A stretch of 59,290 nt of DNA from a virus: IMG/VR virus record IMGVR_UViG_3300029721_000003; one strand, 5' to 3'. The position numbers and the translations under genes were made by a program. Position 1 is the stretch's first letter; each line of letters opens with the position of its first letter. The notes beneath the pieces are model-generated. The model was not told the origin of the DNA. It did not search any database and worked only from the letters and a program-made list of their open reading frames with translations. This document shows, piece by piece, positions 1 through 10,529 of this stretch.

Positions 1-99
1 AAATAGCAGGGGATGAGAGAATCGAACTGCATTGACTACTTCCTTATTCCGCTCTATTACTGGGCTTCTGGCTTTGCGCCTTGATTACTTTGATTACTT
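1..99. repeat. Terminal direct repeat, left copy (assembly overlap of a circular or terminally redundant genome)
   Basis: Bases 1-99 are identical to 59192-59290 by direct reading; unique length 59,191 bp. Confidence 0.95.
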
Positions 100-107
100 T
101 GTAATCA
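7..107 (-). other. Candidate attP: tRNA 3'-end-like core plus integrase arm-type repeats
   Basis: Minus strand of 7-26 reads TTCGATTCTCTCATCCCCTG (T-loop, 3' T-stem, 3' acceptor strand) with no matching 5' half. TGATTAC direct repeats at 82-88 and 91-97, inverted GTAATCA at 101-107. Lies directly downstream of the integrase gene. Confidence 0.5.
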
Positions 108-112
108 AAATC

Positions 113-1360
113 CTAATAATTAATAGCATTATTAACTTGCTCAATCTTAGTTCTATCAGTCTTATTACTGTAAATGTAATATTTTCTTGTTGTCTCAATG
201 CTTGTATGCCCCATCATTTCTGCTATAACAGTGTCACTCACGCAATTATCATACAACGCAACACTGTATGCCCGGCGGACTTTGTGCGTGGAACGATAAT
301 TAATATCCAGCGCCTTACATATCTTATGCAACTTTCTGTTAAATGCTTGTTCCTTTATGCGCTCTCCCTTTTCTTCAAACATATAAGTTCCAAAAGGATT
401 TAATCTGCGAATTGCCTTAACAGTATTTACAGCTTTATCTGGAATAATTATATCCCTTAATCCTGCGTCAGATTTAGGATAGTCGCTTACTATTTTAGCC
501 CATTTCCCATTTTCATCTCTGACCTTAATTTCTGTTCTTTGTATAGAAATATAATGTTTAATGGTTCCATCTTTCAGTACAGTGTTGTGAATATCAGAAA
601 ACTTAAGTGATGATAACTCGCCAGCTCTCATTCCACACTCAAACATAAGTAATAATCCCAGGCTCCTTATATCATATCGTTGCCATAGATATTCTGTAAT
701 TCTTGGAATTTCATCCTCAAAATACACCTGTTCCTCTTTCTTTTTCATATTTTTAGCAAAAGCTCTGCGTGATAAATCCAAGTCTCCCATAAATTGTGTG
801 ATGCTTAGATTGGTATACCCCTTTTTCTTGGCATATTTAAAAATGCCATTAATAAGGATTCGCATATCAGAATATGCCTTATGTGTAAGTTTGCATTCGG
901 CAATAACGGTCTTAATAAAGCATTCTAAGTCATCTTCTGTAATGTACTTGATTTTCTTATCTGCCATGTGATATGCTTCATTGGTGAAAAATCTGGCAAA
1001 GTTATCATTATACTTATCATATGATTGCTTCTTGATTTCGTGATATTCAAGTTTTTGATTTGCCCATTCCTTGAATACAGTCTTAACTAAAGGTTCATTA
1101 GCAAGTTTCTTGTAGTGTTCCACAATTCCATCTTCAAGAGACTCTTGCGTTGAACGCTTTAGCAGCTTTCTGCCGCTTGATGTGCTTTCGTCTGGCAAGT
1201 ATGTATACCACTTCTTGTCCTTTCCTTGCCAGATTTCATTATTGTGTGCTTTTAAATATTTTTTCCTTTCGTTCATTTCAATTTGTTTTTGAACATCGTC
1301 ACGAGAGATGATACCATTCTCCAGTACATAATTCAACAACTCTTTGTCTGTTAATTCCAA
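113..1360 (-). CDS. int: Tyrosine integrase (site-specific recombinase)
   Basis: 415 aa; C-terminal catalytic pattern ...STHKVRRAY...MMGHTSIETTRKYY (H-x-x-R, GH, Y); next to the att-like repeats. Confidence 0.9.
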   Translation of the reverse strand: MELTDKELLNYVLENGIISRDDVQKQIEMNERKKYLKAHNNEIWQGKDKKWYTYLPDESTSSGRKLLKRSTQESLEDGIVEHYKKLANEPLVKTVFKEWANQKLEYHEIKKQSYDKYNDNFARFFTNEAYHMADKKIKYITEDDLECFIKTVIAECKLTHKAYSDMRILINGIFKYAKKKGYTNLSITQFMGDLDLSRRAFAKNMKKKEEQVYFEDEIPRITEYLWQRYDIRSLGLLLMFECGMRAGELSSLKFSDIHNTVLKDGTIKHYISIQRTEIKVRDENGKWAKIVSDYPKSDAGLRDIIIPDKAVNTVKAIRRLNPFGTYMFEEKGERIKEQAFNRKLHKICKALDINYRSTHKVRRAYSVALYDNCVSDTVIAEMMGHTSIETTRKYYIYSNKTDRTKIEQVNNAINY

Positions 1361-1563
1361 TCACAGCACACCCTTTCAATTTTATTTTTAATGTTCCTTA
1401 TTCTCCTTTCAAGAGTTCTTTGCGATACGCATAATCGTGCAACTATCTCTTTTTGTGTAAAATTCCGAGAAAGAAGTTTGAATATTCTCTCTTCTTCCTC
1501 GGTAAAATTGGCATTTTCCAATATCTTTTCAAGTTCCGGCTTAGTAAGTTCTGAAAACTTCAT
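1351..1563 (-). CDS. Small HTH protein (sigma-70 region-4 / LuxR-like), possible excision or transcription regulator
   Basis: 70 aa; ...FTQKEIVARLCVSQRTLERRIRNIKNKI helix-turn-helix pattern; overlaps the int start. Confidence 0.5.
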   Translation of the reverse strand: MKFSELTKPELEKILENANFTEEEERIFKLLSRNFTQKEIVARLCVSQRTLERRIRNIKNKIERVCCDWN

Positions 1564-1575
1564 AAGCCATACTCC

Positions 1576-1848
1576 TTAATATTTAATTTTTATTTTTGTC
1601 TCTTCTTCTAACTGTTCAATAAGTTCTTTCGGATCTATAAGCCCTGCGTTGAAATCTTCGTTGAATTTATCAATCTCATCAATAAGCCGTTCTAGTCGCT
1701 TATTTCCAAATCCAAATTTATCATGTAGGACCCATAACAGAATCGTTAAGGCATTACCAAACATTTCTTTATTTTCTTTATTCTTCTGCCTGTTTAATTG
1801 AACTCTCATCATTTGTTCCTGAAATCTTCGTTGTTCCGACTTGCTCAT
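1576..1848 (-). CDS. Hypothetical protein (true start probably internal)
   Basis: 90-aa ORF overlapping the upstream gene by 70 nt in another frame. Confidence 0.4.
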   Translation of the reverse strand: MSKSEQRRFQEQMMRVQLNRQKNKENKEMFGNALTILLWVLHDKFGFGNKRLERLIDEIDKFNEDFNAGLIDPKELIEQLEEETKIKIKY

Positions 1849-2452
1849 TTTTTATTCTCGCTTCCTTGCTTTTCTTAGCATACTCCAAAGACTTATTGTA
1901 GTGCTTTTTACATAACTTTGAGTGATTATAAACCGGTTCGCCGCAAAACCAGCATTTACCATTCATTACCCATTCACGTTTAGCATCGAGTTTTGAGCCT
2001 TTCTTGGCGTCTCTTATACGTTTCTTGATTTTAAGTTTGTTACGGCACTTAGAACACGTTTTATATCCCTCATCTGTCTTAACTTTACCGCAATAAACGC
2101 ATAATCCGTTATCACTTCTTCTCTGATACTTGCTTTTTTGCTCAATTCTATCTTTTTCCTTGAATTTTTCGGGATTGGCATTGTATCTTGACATTCTCTG
2201 GGTATAGCGTTTTGCTGAACATTCAATGCACATTTTTTCATCACCAAAAAGACTGTTTTTACGGCATGTAGGGCATATTCTATTTTCTTTATACCAACTA
2301 ATAAGTTCTCGCCTATCTTTGTTTGTTCTGTCGCGGCATTTGCTACATTTAACCCCGGCAATATCAAGTGGCTTTCCACAATTTACACATAATCCAGCTT
2401 CTTTTCGTCTGTAATACATTCTCATTTGCGGACTAATTGGCGTTGTTTCCAC
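1778..2452 (-). CDS. Multi-zinc-ribbon protein (four CxxC...CxxC modules)
   Basis: CVNCGK..CSKCR, CPTCRK..CIECS, CVYCGK..CSKCR, CWFCGE..LCKKH repeats. Confidence 0.6.
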   Translation of the reverse strand: METTPISPQMRMYYRRKEAGLCVNCGKPLDIAGVKCSKCRDRTNKDRRELISWYKENRICPTCRKNSLFGDEKMCIECSAKRYTQRMSRYNANPEKFKEKDRIEQKSKYQRRSDNGLCVYCGKVKTDEGYKTCSKCRNKLKIKKRIRDAKKGSKLDAKREWVMNGKCWFCGEPVYNHSKLCKKHYNKSLEYAKKSKEARIKNEQVGTTKISGTNDESSIKQAEE

Positions 2453-2458
2453 TAAAAA

Positions 2459-3121
2459 TCAACCTCTCATTCTGTCAATTCTATCTTGTACTTCTTGAGG
2501 TGCTTCAATATATTCTTCTGCGTTTGTATTTTGACCGATAAGGGCATTTTCTTTAATTTGTAGTGTATTTATATCTCTTTGGAATTTTTGCTCGATTTGA
2601 GCCTTATACGAATTTGCATTCGTCTTTTCGATAAGTGATTTGATATTGTCCGGCATACGATTTATTTCATTCGCACGCTTAACAACTGTTTCGTAAGTTC
2701 TTAGAAAATTTGATTGTATTACTGTTTCAATCGTCTGATAATCTGATGTCGCCCAGTTTTTAAGGTTATCTGGCATACCAACCGCCTGCCTGACAAGTGG
2801 CGGTAGCTTATTAAATTCTTCAACCGCCCCATAAGTACCATTCCGTAACGCTTTACTGACTAATCCCCAAGCTGCCATTCCGTCAAGTTCCTGTGGCTGC
2901 GATATAGTCTGTATCTTACTCATTATCTGCCCTACATCTGGTGCAAAACCGCTAGTATTAGTTGCAATACAAGCTCTTAATGCCTGTAAAACTAATTCTT
3001 CTGGATATTCAGCAAGCATTATATACCAAGCGTTAAGAGTAATCTTCTTATCTGGTGGATTGTAGTTAGGATAATAAGCCTGTATCGTCATTAGAAGTTT
3101 TCCAACCTGTTCTCCTGTCAT
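2459..3121 (-). CDS. Helicase-loader-like protein (G39P-type N-terminal domain)
   Basis: MTGEQVGKLLMTIQAYYPNYNPP...LNAWYIMLAEYPEE pattern; ATGA overlap with the replisome organizer stop; position right after the organizer. Confidence 0.5.
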   Translation of the reverse strand: MTGEQVGKLLMTIQAYYPNYNPPDKKITLNAWYIMLAEYPEELVLQALRACIATNTSGFAPDVGQIMSKIQTISQPQELDGMAAWGLVSKALRNGTYGAVEEFNKLPPLVRQAVGMPDNLKNWATSDYQTIETVIQSNFLRTYETVVKRANEINRMPDNIKSLIEKTNANSYKAQIEQKFQRDINTLQIKENALIGQNTNAEEYIEAPQEVQDRIDRMRG

Positions 3122-3879
3122 TTCATCACCTCCATCCATTCATCAAATACATTTTTCTTACCTTGCTGTTTATTAGAATTATCTTCTTTCAGTTCAAACA
3201 GCCCTTGCCAACAATGGTCTACTGATTGATTAAGAATTTTAACAGCTAAGTCATTATCTCCACCAGACAGCTTTTCAAGGGTATTCATAGCCCTATGTAA
3301 TGCCTTGTCAGTGCATATAGGTTTTTTAATTTTCTTACGCATTGTCACATATTCGTTAAATGCTTCATCAAGTAATTCATCATCTGGATAATAACTTTTC
3401 TTTTTGGATATTACGTTAGTAATATCTTTTTCTGTATTCTTATCTTCTTTAATTTCTTCTGTCCTTTCATTCTTACTTTCTTTTAATATAGAGTTTGTTA
3501 ATAGAATGTTATCTGTTTGTTGATTGTTTGTTAAGTTGCTTGTTATTTGTTTGTTATCTTGCTTGTTATCCGTTTGATACAAATTGTAGTTAACCACAGT
3601 AAATATCGTGAATTTGTTTGTTGCTTTGCTTGTTATTTCGCCTGTTAATTGTAAGTGTTTTAGCGAGGTACGAATTTCCATTACAGACAAATTAGTTTCT
3701 TTTGATAATTCAGATATTGAAGAGGGGAAAGACCCTCTTTCAATTATCTTACCTTTGTAATTTCCGTCTTTCCAATAGGCACTTATCAACATATACATAA
3801 AAAGTCTGAATGTATTAATATCGCTCCACCATTCCCACTTTAAAATCTTTCTGTCAATTTTAATAAAGTTACCTGCCAT
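3118..3879 (-). CDS. Phage replisome organizer / replication initiator (winged-helix N-terminal domain)
   Basis: MAGNFIKIDRKILKWEWWSDINTFRLFMYML...SISELSKETNLSVMEIRTSLKHL; GAGG RBS before the ATG at 3879; internal iteron-like repeats. Confidence 0.7.
   Translation of the reverse strand: MAGNFIKIDRKILKWEWWSDINTFRLFMYMLISAYWKDGNYKGKIIERGSFPSSISELSKETNLSVMEIRTSLKHLQLTGEITSKATNKFTIFTVVNYNLYQTDNKQDNKQITSNLTNNQQTDNILLTNSILKESKNERTEEIKEDKNTEKDITNVISKKKSYYPDDELLDEAFNEYVTMRKKIKKPICTDKALHRAMNTLEKLSGGDNDLAVKILNQSVDHCWQGLFELKEDNSNKQQGKKNVFDEWMEVMK
3500..3640. repeat. Iteron-like direct repeats inside the organizer gene (candidate origin)
   Basis: TTGCTTGTTAT at 3536-3546, 3559-3569 and 3626-3636, plus TTTGTTTGTTA variants. 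Confidence 0.5.
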
Positions 3880-3940
3880 AATTACCTCTTCAAGTTCTGT
3901 CACATTGTTACTTCACTAAATCGTTGATATTAACTCTGAA

Positions 3941-4099
3941 TCAGTCAAATTCCTTGCCTTTGCTCTTGATGTAAGCCGTTGTATCAAAGAACATCAAGTT
4001 GCCACTATTGTCCGTTGCCATACTTACACCATTTCTTGTAAGACTGCCTTTGAGTAGGTCAAGTAAAATCTGTATTTCCTGCTTTGTTTCGTCTTTCAT
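3941..4099 (-). CDS. Small hypothetical protein (52 aa)
   Basis: Hand-translated MKDETKQEIQILLDLLKGSLTRNGVSMATDNSGNLMFFDTTAYIKSKGKEFD; AAGGAGA RBS upstream. Confidence 0.5.
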   Translation of the reverse strand: MKDETKQEIQILLDLLKGSLTRNGVSMATDNSGNLMFFDTTAYIKSKGKEFD

Positions 4100-4211
4100 A
4101 CTGTATCTCCTTGCTTGATATTCAAATTTTTAAACATAGCACACATAACATCTGCCAAAAGGAAACCTCGGTTTTATGTCGCGACAACCTATTCCTTTCT
4201 TTGATTTTTAG

Positions 4212-4472
4212 TTAGTTATCTTCTTTTCTCTTAAAATCTTCACAAGACACTGTTTTACTGCAAGCATAAAAATCTGCCCCAAACGGATTTCTTGTTCTCA
4301 AATAGCCAAACTCACAAATGCTACAAAAGTGACTTCCCTCATTGCTTTTACAATCGTTAGGCTGTTCTTTTGTTATTTCATCAACTTTCATCTGCAATCT
4401 TTCATTTTCATTGGAAAGAGTTTCTATTCGGTCCATAAGCCAAGAATAATCTTTACTGCTCAAAATTCTCAT
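4212..4472 (-). CDS. Hypothetical Cys-rich protein
   Basis: 86-aa ORF abutting its neighbour. Confidence 0.5.
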   Translation of the reverse strand: MRILSSKDYSWLMDRIETLSNENERLQMKVDEITKEQPNDCKSNEGSHFCSICEFGYLRTRNPFGADFYACSKTVSCEDFKRKEDN

Positions 4473-5077
4473 TCTGAATCACCCACTTTCAATAAATCCA
4501 TGAACTTCTCGTACTGTTTCTGTGACACCTTATTATGCTCTTTTTCTGGCTTTAAGCGGATTATAAGGTGTTTTTCTGCGATAGATGATAATTCCCTCGC
4601 TAACACCTTTTTTCCTTGATGTATGCCCTGCATATAGCTTTTAGGTGCTTTTCTCTCGCCTATAGAGCCACTAGCACGATTTTCTCCTTGACCGCCTAAA
4701 CTGACATTTCTAAGCTGATAACCTTTATCAGCATATAGCTTAATGTAATACTTCTCTTTCTCGTCAAGCTGACTTTCGGGAAAATTCAGAAATTCAACTC
4801 GCCAACCATAAGGATTTTTCTCTTTGTCGTACAGCTTGTGTTTGCGTAAACTAAGGTCTATATGCTGTTCGTAGCCTACAAGGTGGCTTGCCAATCTGCT
4901 AAGCGTATGTACTGCCTGTCCGATATACGCATACTTAAATCCGTTTTCATCTTCTCGGAGTAGGAAGTAAATCCCACTCCTGTCATTCAGCTTTGGATTC
5001 AGCTTCAATAGTCGCTTTTTGTTTTCCTGTTCAATTGCCTTGGCTCTTGCTATGTTCTGGTAATTCAATGTTTCCAC
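4469..5077 (-). CDS. GIY-YIG nuclease (free-standing homing-endonuclease-like)
   Basis: GIYFLLRE...YAYIGQA...R..H...EKEKYYIKLY...LRN pattern. Confidence 0.7.
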   Translation of the reverse strand: METLNYQNIARAKAIEQENKKRLLKLNPKLNDRSGIYFLLREDENGFKYAYIGQAVHTLSRLASHLVGYEQHIDLSLRKHKLYDKEKNPYGWRVEFLNFPESQLDEKEKYYIKLYADKGYQLRNVSLGGQGENRASGSIGERKAPKSYMQGIHQGKKVLARELSSIAEKHLIIRLKPEKEHNKVSQKQYEKFMDLLKVGDSE

Positions 5078-5342
5078 CCGCCTTTACTATCTCGATTGCC
5101 TTACCATAAGCAATCAACTGACCTAATTCTTTCGGTTTATCTTTTATGATGTCATCAAGGATTCTGTTTACAGGAACTTGACTTTTTAATTCTTCCAACT
5201 GTTCCACAACCTTGTCTACATCATAAGCGGTCGGGTATTTATCCAGTAATAGCAATACTGCATTTGTATTTACTAAAGTTCCATTACTTAAAGTAACCGA
5301 TTCTAAATCTTTCTTTAGTGCATCTGCGTCAATTAATCTCAT
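5031..5342 (-). CDS. Hypothetical phage protein
   Basis: 103-aa ORF beginning MRLIDADALKKDLE. Confidence 0.5.
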   Translation of the reverse strand: MRLIDADALKKDLESVTLSNGTLVNTNAVLLLLDKYPTAYDVDKVVEQLEELKSQVPVNRILDDIIKDKPKELGQLIAYGKAIEIVKAGGNIELPEHSKSQGN

Positions 5343-5656
5343 TCTTCATCGCTCCAATCTAATTTTTGACCGCAATCCCAGCAAAACACTGTATTCTGCC
5401 GTTCGTTCATGTATTTTTCTAAACGTGCATTTCCACAAGTAGGGCATACATAAGCATATACTTTTTTTAATACACCTCTGTACGAATCGGTTTTTCTCGG
5501 CTTCTTTGGTATCCGCTTTTCAAGTGCCTGTATTGCCATTTCGTTAGCCTTGTAATCATCTTCTGTAAACTTGCAATCGTTGTTCTTGTCCGTAATCTGC
5601 ATATATAATCGCATATTTTTCAGTTTTTCTATTGCTTCATTCTCTTTCATACTCAC
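5339..5656 (-). CDS. Zinc-ribbon protein
   Basis: CPTCGN...CWDCGQKL. Confidence 0.5.
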   Translation of the reverse strand: MSMKENEAIEKLKNMRLYMQITDKNNDCKFTEDDYKANEMAIQALEKRIPKKPRKTDSYRGVLKKVYAYVCPTCGNARLEKYMNERQNTVFCWDCGQKLDWSDEE

Positions 5657-5662
5657 ACCTCT

Positions 5663-6094
5663 TTAATTAAATGGTAATCCCTCGTCTGCTACGCCATCTG
5701 GAATTGACATAAAGCTGTCTGAACTAGCATTACCGCCCATAATTCCGTTGTTATTATTGTTCTGCTGATTGGCACGACTTTCGCAAAATTCGTGTCTTTC
5801 AACAACGCAATCATTAGTGTAGACTTTCTGTCCGTCTTTGTTAGTGTAGTTGCCTGTTTGCCATCTACCCTCAACGATAATCTTAGTTCCCTGATGTAAA
5901 TACTTCTCTGCAAACTCCCCATTCTTGCCAAATGCGATACAGTTAATAAAGTCTGCTGCCTGTTCGCCCTCTTTCTTAAAAGCTCTGTCAACAGCTAATG
6001 TATACCTTGCTACTGCCATACTTCCGTTTGCTGTCTGTGAATATCTAATCTCCGGGTCTCTAGTCAGTCTCCCACATAAAATTATACGATTCAT
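5663..6094 (-). CDS. ssb: Single-stranded DNA-binding protein
   Basis: MNRIILCGRLTRDPEIRY... OB-fold N-terminus, Gly/Asn-rich linker, acidic tail ...DEGLPFN. Confidence 0.9.
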   Translation of the reverse strand: MNRIILCGRLTRDPEIRYSQTANGSMAVARYTLAVDRAFKKEGEQAADFINCIAFGKNGEFAEKYLHQGTKIIVEGRWQTGNYTNKDGQKVYTNDCVVERHEFCESRANQQNNNNNGIMGGNASSDSFMSIPDGVADEGLPFN

Positions 6095-6520
6095 CTAATT
6101 TTCCTCACTTTCTAATAACTCTTTATTGTCAAAAATGTTGCCGATAACTTCAATTTCAAAACTCTTAAAACTCCATAAATCCCACTTGGCACCGATTGAA
6201 AATATATCTGATTTTACGCAAATCCAAGAGAACTGATAATAGTTATTCTGCCAAAAGGCTTTATAACAATTACCATGTTTATCTTTTACAATATCATTCT
6301 CCCAAATCAGCTTTCCGCTCTTGTCTTTTAAGCCTGTACATCGGCAGATTGTAGATGAATCAACTCTTGGAGCATTATCTGCTGTTAAGCAAGTTCCTGT
6401 AGAATAGTTAATTTCAGTAATTATTCTGTACATCTTATCCCTTTTATCGTACACTAAATAGCCTTGCACCCATTCTCCATTATCGGTTCGTTTTGCCTTT
6501 GATAAGTATTTATCTTCCAT
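6095..6520 (-). CDS. YopX-family protein
   Basis: W.QGYL...VDSSTICRCTGLKDKSGKLIWENDIV pattern. Confidence 0.7.
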   Translation of the reverse strand: MEDKYLSKAKRTDNGEWVQGYLVYDKRDKMYRIITEINYSTGTCLTADNAPRVDSSTICRCTGLKDKSGKLIWENDIVKDKHGNCYKAFWQNNYYQFSWICVKSDIFSIGAKWDLWSFKSFEIEVIGNIFDNKELLESEEN

Positions 6521-6529
6521 AATTATCTC

Positions 6530-6907
6530 CTATTCTGTTTTTGATTGAAGCCATTCCATACAACTAGTTTCTCCCTCGTATTCTTTGCCGAATGTGTTCT
6601 TAAAAGTTATAAGAAACTCTGCTAACTCTTCATCCGACATATTCCTTATTCTGTTGGCATTGGTCTCGGACTTGCTTTCTCTTATAAACTTGCATATCAA
6701 AGGATAATCTTTATTCATAATTGATAAATGCTCTTCACTACCACCTTTTTTGTAGATAATTACTGTATCTTTATCTTTTTTTGCTCTTAAGATTTCATAT
6801 GGATTTTTAGATGTTGGCAAAATCATATATCCCTGTTTTTCAAGCCAGCTTTCAAAATCTTTTAATTTGTTCATGTGTAATAATGCTCTAATTGCCATTT
6901 TCTTCAC
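6530..6907 (-). CDS. Hypothetical protein
   Basis: 125-aa ORF in the operon. Confidence 0.5.
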   Translation of the reverse strand: MKKMAIRALLHMNKLKDFESWLEKQGYMILPTSKNPYEILRAKKDKDTVIIYKKGGSEEHLSIMNKDYPLICKFIRESKSETNANRIRNMSDEELAEFLITFKNTFGKEYEGETSCMEWLQSKTE

Positions 6908-7250
6908 CTCTCAATTCTTTCAGTTTTGCTTCGGCTTCGGATTTTGTGAGAAATACTATGTCGTTAAAACCTCCAAGCCACGTATCTTCGTTCGACCAGA
7001 TGTAAAACATTCCGTCGTACGAATACTCAATTCCAGAAATAACATCCTCTTTAATAGCCCTCCCGGAAATATGCCATACTTTATCTCCAATCTTACAAGG
7101 CAACTTGATAAGTCTGCCCTGCTCCTCTAAGTCCTCGTAATCTTTGAGCTTTCGATATACTGCGTCTATTTCTTCACAGTCTGGCTCGCAAGCCCTTTCC
7201 CATAATTCATCATCAATCCATGATGGATTGCTTTCTGTTAATCTCTCCAT
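6888..7250 (-). CDS. Hypothetical protein
   Basis: 120-aa ORF in the operon. Confidence 0.5.
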   Translation of the reverse strand: MERLTESNPSWIDDELWERACEPDCEEIDAVYRKLKDYEDLEEQGRLIKLPCKIGDKVWHISGRAIKEDVISGIEYSYDGMFYIWSNEDTWLGGFNDIVFLTKSEAEAKLKELRGEENGN

Positions 7251-7267
7251 TACTGCTCCTTTCTCCC

Positions 7268-7420
7268 TTAATTATCTTCTTTCTCTTTCTTCTTGACTTT
7301 TACAAGACGGTCAGCAATAGCTTCTTTAATAATCAAAGTATTGTATCTTTCAAGGCTGATTGTTATTGTTTTATCCTCGTACTCTCTTGTATTTCCTAAA
7401 ATATCTCTGTATTTAGCCAT
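7268..7420 (-). CDS. Small hypothetical protein (50 aa)
   Basis: Hand-translated MAKYRDILGNTREYEDKTITISLERYNTLIIKEAIADRLVKVKKKEKEDN; GGAG RBS. Confidence 0.45.
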   Translation of the reverse strand: MAKYRDILGNTREYEDKTITISLERYNTLIIKEAIADRLVKVKKKEKEDN

Positions 7421-7455
7421 ATAATCTCCTTTCTAAAAAGGGCACTCATTAGGAT

Positions 7456-8169
7456 TTAATCCCAACCCTTATAAAGACTTTCAGATACTTCAATCTCTTT
7501 GCTATCTAACTCATTTAAAGCTCTAATCAACTTTAATTTTGTTTCTCTGCAAGGAAAATATCCGTACTTTGCATATCTCAACATTCTCTCAAATGTACTC
7601 ATTGGAAATGGAATTTTATCATCAATGACAAGCCTTTTGAGATGTAAATGTTCAAAAAACTTATCATCATATATAACCCTGTATTCAATATGAGTTTCAA
7701 CCTTGCTATCATTTTCAAATGGCTTTTCTTCTACTTCTGCCCCTGTTTCATCTTCAACCTCTGCTTTGTAGTAAGCAAATTTAGTGATTGAAAAATCAAA
7801 TTGACTTATAATCTGCTCTGCTGTTCCATAGATTTTACTGATTAACTCAATCCTTATTCCTGCTTTCTTGTGAACATAAGCCTTTACATTATCGTTTTCA
7901 TACAAAAACCTATATTCGGCTTCATCTTCCGAGACAGTATCTTCCATTGTTCCATCAGTATATCCAGCTGTCATGCTATCAAAGTAATCAATCGCTTCCT
8001 GTCTATCTCTCTCGTTTTGAAAGAATATATCAAGGTCTTTCACTTTTTCATTGTTGAAAATGTTCTTAAAACACCCGCCACAGATAAAACCTTTATGTCC
8101 TTCCATAAATTTATCAAGCCAATTTAAAATCCAGTAATTATCTCTGTTTTCTTTAATCAAAACGGACAT
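7456..8169 (-). CDS. Pol-beta-superfamily nucleotidyltransferase
   Basis: FICGGCFKNIFNNEKVKDLDIFF fits hG[GS]-x(9-13)-Dh[DE]h. Confidence 0.55.
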   Translation of the reverse strand: MSVLIKENRDNYWILNWLDKFMEGHKGFICGGCFKNIFNNEKVKDLDIFFQNERDRQEAIDYFDSMTAGYTDGTMEDTVSEDEAEYRFLYENDNVKAYVHKKAGIRIELISKIYGTAEQIISQFDFSITKFAYYKAEVEDETGAEVEEKPFENDSKVETHIEYRVIYDDKFFEHLHLKRLVIDDKIPFPMSTFERMLRYAKYGYFPCRETKLKLIRALNELDSKEIEVSESLYKGWD

Positions 8170-8887
8170 TCATCTCCTTTCCTTAAAACCCATTCTTTGT
8201 CTGCTTCCGCAACGTCCACATTCGCCCCTTTTACAGCATTTTTCATCTTCTCAATGAAACTGTCCTTATCAGCATTTTCACTTGATAGATGGCACATAAT
8301 GACGTTCTGCAAACTGTCTGAATAATTTGCTTTGACAAAATCACAAGCCGTGTCAATGCTTAAATGACCTCTGAAAACGTGATTAGCTTTGCCTGTGTTA
8401 TCCCTGTCGATTAAATCCTTGTCATAGTTCACACCTAAGAGAATGTGGTTTATGTCTTTGAATTTCCATTTGACTAATTCGCAATCCGTTATGTAAAGCA
8501 TTCTTCCCATTTCCTTGTGCGTAATCAGAAAGCCGTATATCGGACAAGGTTCGCCATTTGCGTCTGTATGTGTCCAGCTTCCATCTATCGTCGTTAAATC
8601 AAAAGGCTTTACTGTAAATCTGCCCATATTCATTGATTTACAGCTATTGCCTAAATATGGGGCAAGTATCGGTATTCCCATAGCTTCAAAATCTTTTAAC
8701 GACTTGCTATGGTCTAGAGGTGGGTGTGACTTATAATCACACCCGTAATCCCCCTTATGTTCCAGTTCAAGCCTTTCTTGATTTCTTTAATCGGTATTCC
8801 GCAATCAAGGATAAGTGTTTCTCCGTTGTTGGAAGTTAGCAGATAGCAATTTCCAGCTGACGATGAGCCTAAACATTTTAATTTCAT
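8157..8887 (-). pseudogene. Metallo-beta-lactamase-fold hydrolase, frame broken inside the HxHxDH motif
   Basis: ATG at 8887 with an AAGGAAG RBS gives MKLKCLGSSSAGNCYLLTSNNGETLILDCG...GVIISHTHL then TAG (8714-8716). DHSKSLKDFEAMGIPILAPYL... continues 2 nt out of frame into the 174-aa ORF. Confidence 0.75.
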
Positions 8888-8899
8888 AAAATTACTTCC

Positions 8900-10191
<1,292 letters not shown>

Positions 10192-10334
10192 ACCTCAATT
10201 TCATCATCCTGTGGAAATTGAAAAGTTTCCATATTGATGTATTTTTTAAGGATGTCTTTGAACTCTTTCGGTTTTAATGATTCTTCCATATGCTCGCATG
10301 TGCCGCTTGCAAGAGATTTTATAATTTCAATTCT

Positions 10335-10529
10335 CTAATATTGTTCTCTTAGCATTTCCATAGCCTTAATTACCTTTTCTTCGGTGGAATATTCTGCAAG
10401 TCTTCTGTAGTTTGTTTCGCCACAATCACAAGCTATATGGTAAATATCAAGATATTGGTCTTTGTAAAGCCATATCGCATAACGCTCATAAGGAACATCT
10501 ATTGTCCCATCCTGTGAAATTACTCTCAT
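10335..10529 (-). CDS. Hypothetical protein
   Basis: 64-aa ORF overlapping the upstream stop. Confidence 0.5.
   Translation of the reverse strand: MRVISQDGTIDVPYERYAIWLYKDQYLDIYHIACDCGETNYRRLAEYSTEEKVIKAMEMLREQY

Noticed and set aside
1-99. Physical direct terminal repeats of the virion DNA
   Set aside because: An exact 99-bp overlap at contig ends is what de Bruijn assemblers leave on circular molecules. It lies within the attP/integrase region, an unlikely place for packaging ends. This cannot be excluded without read-end analysis.
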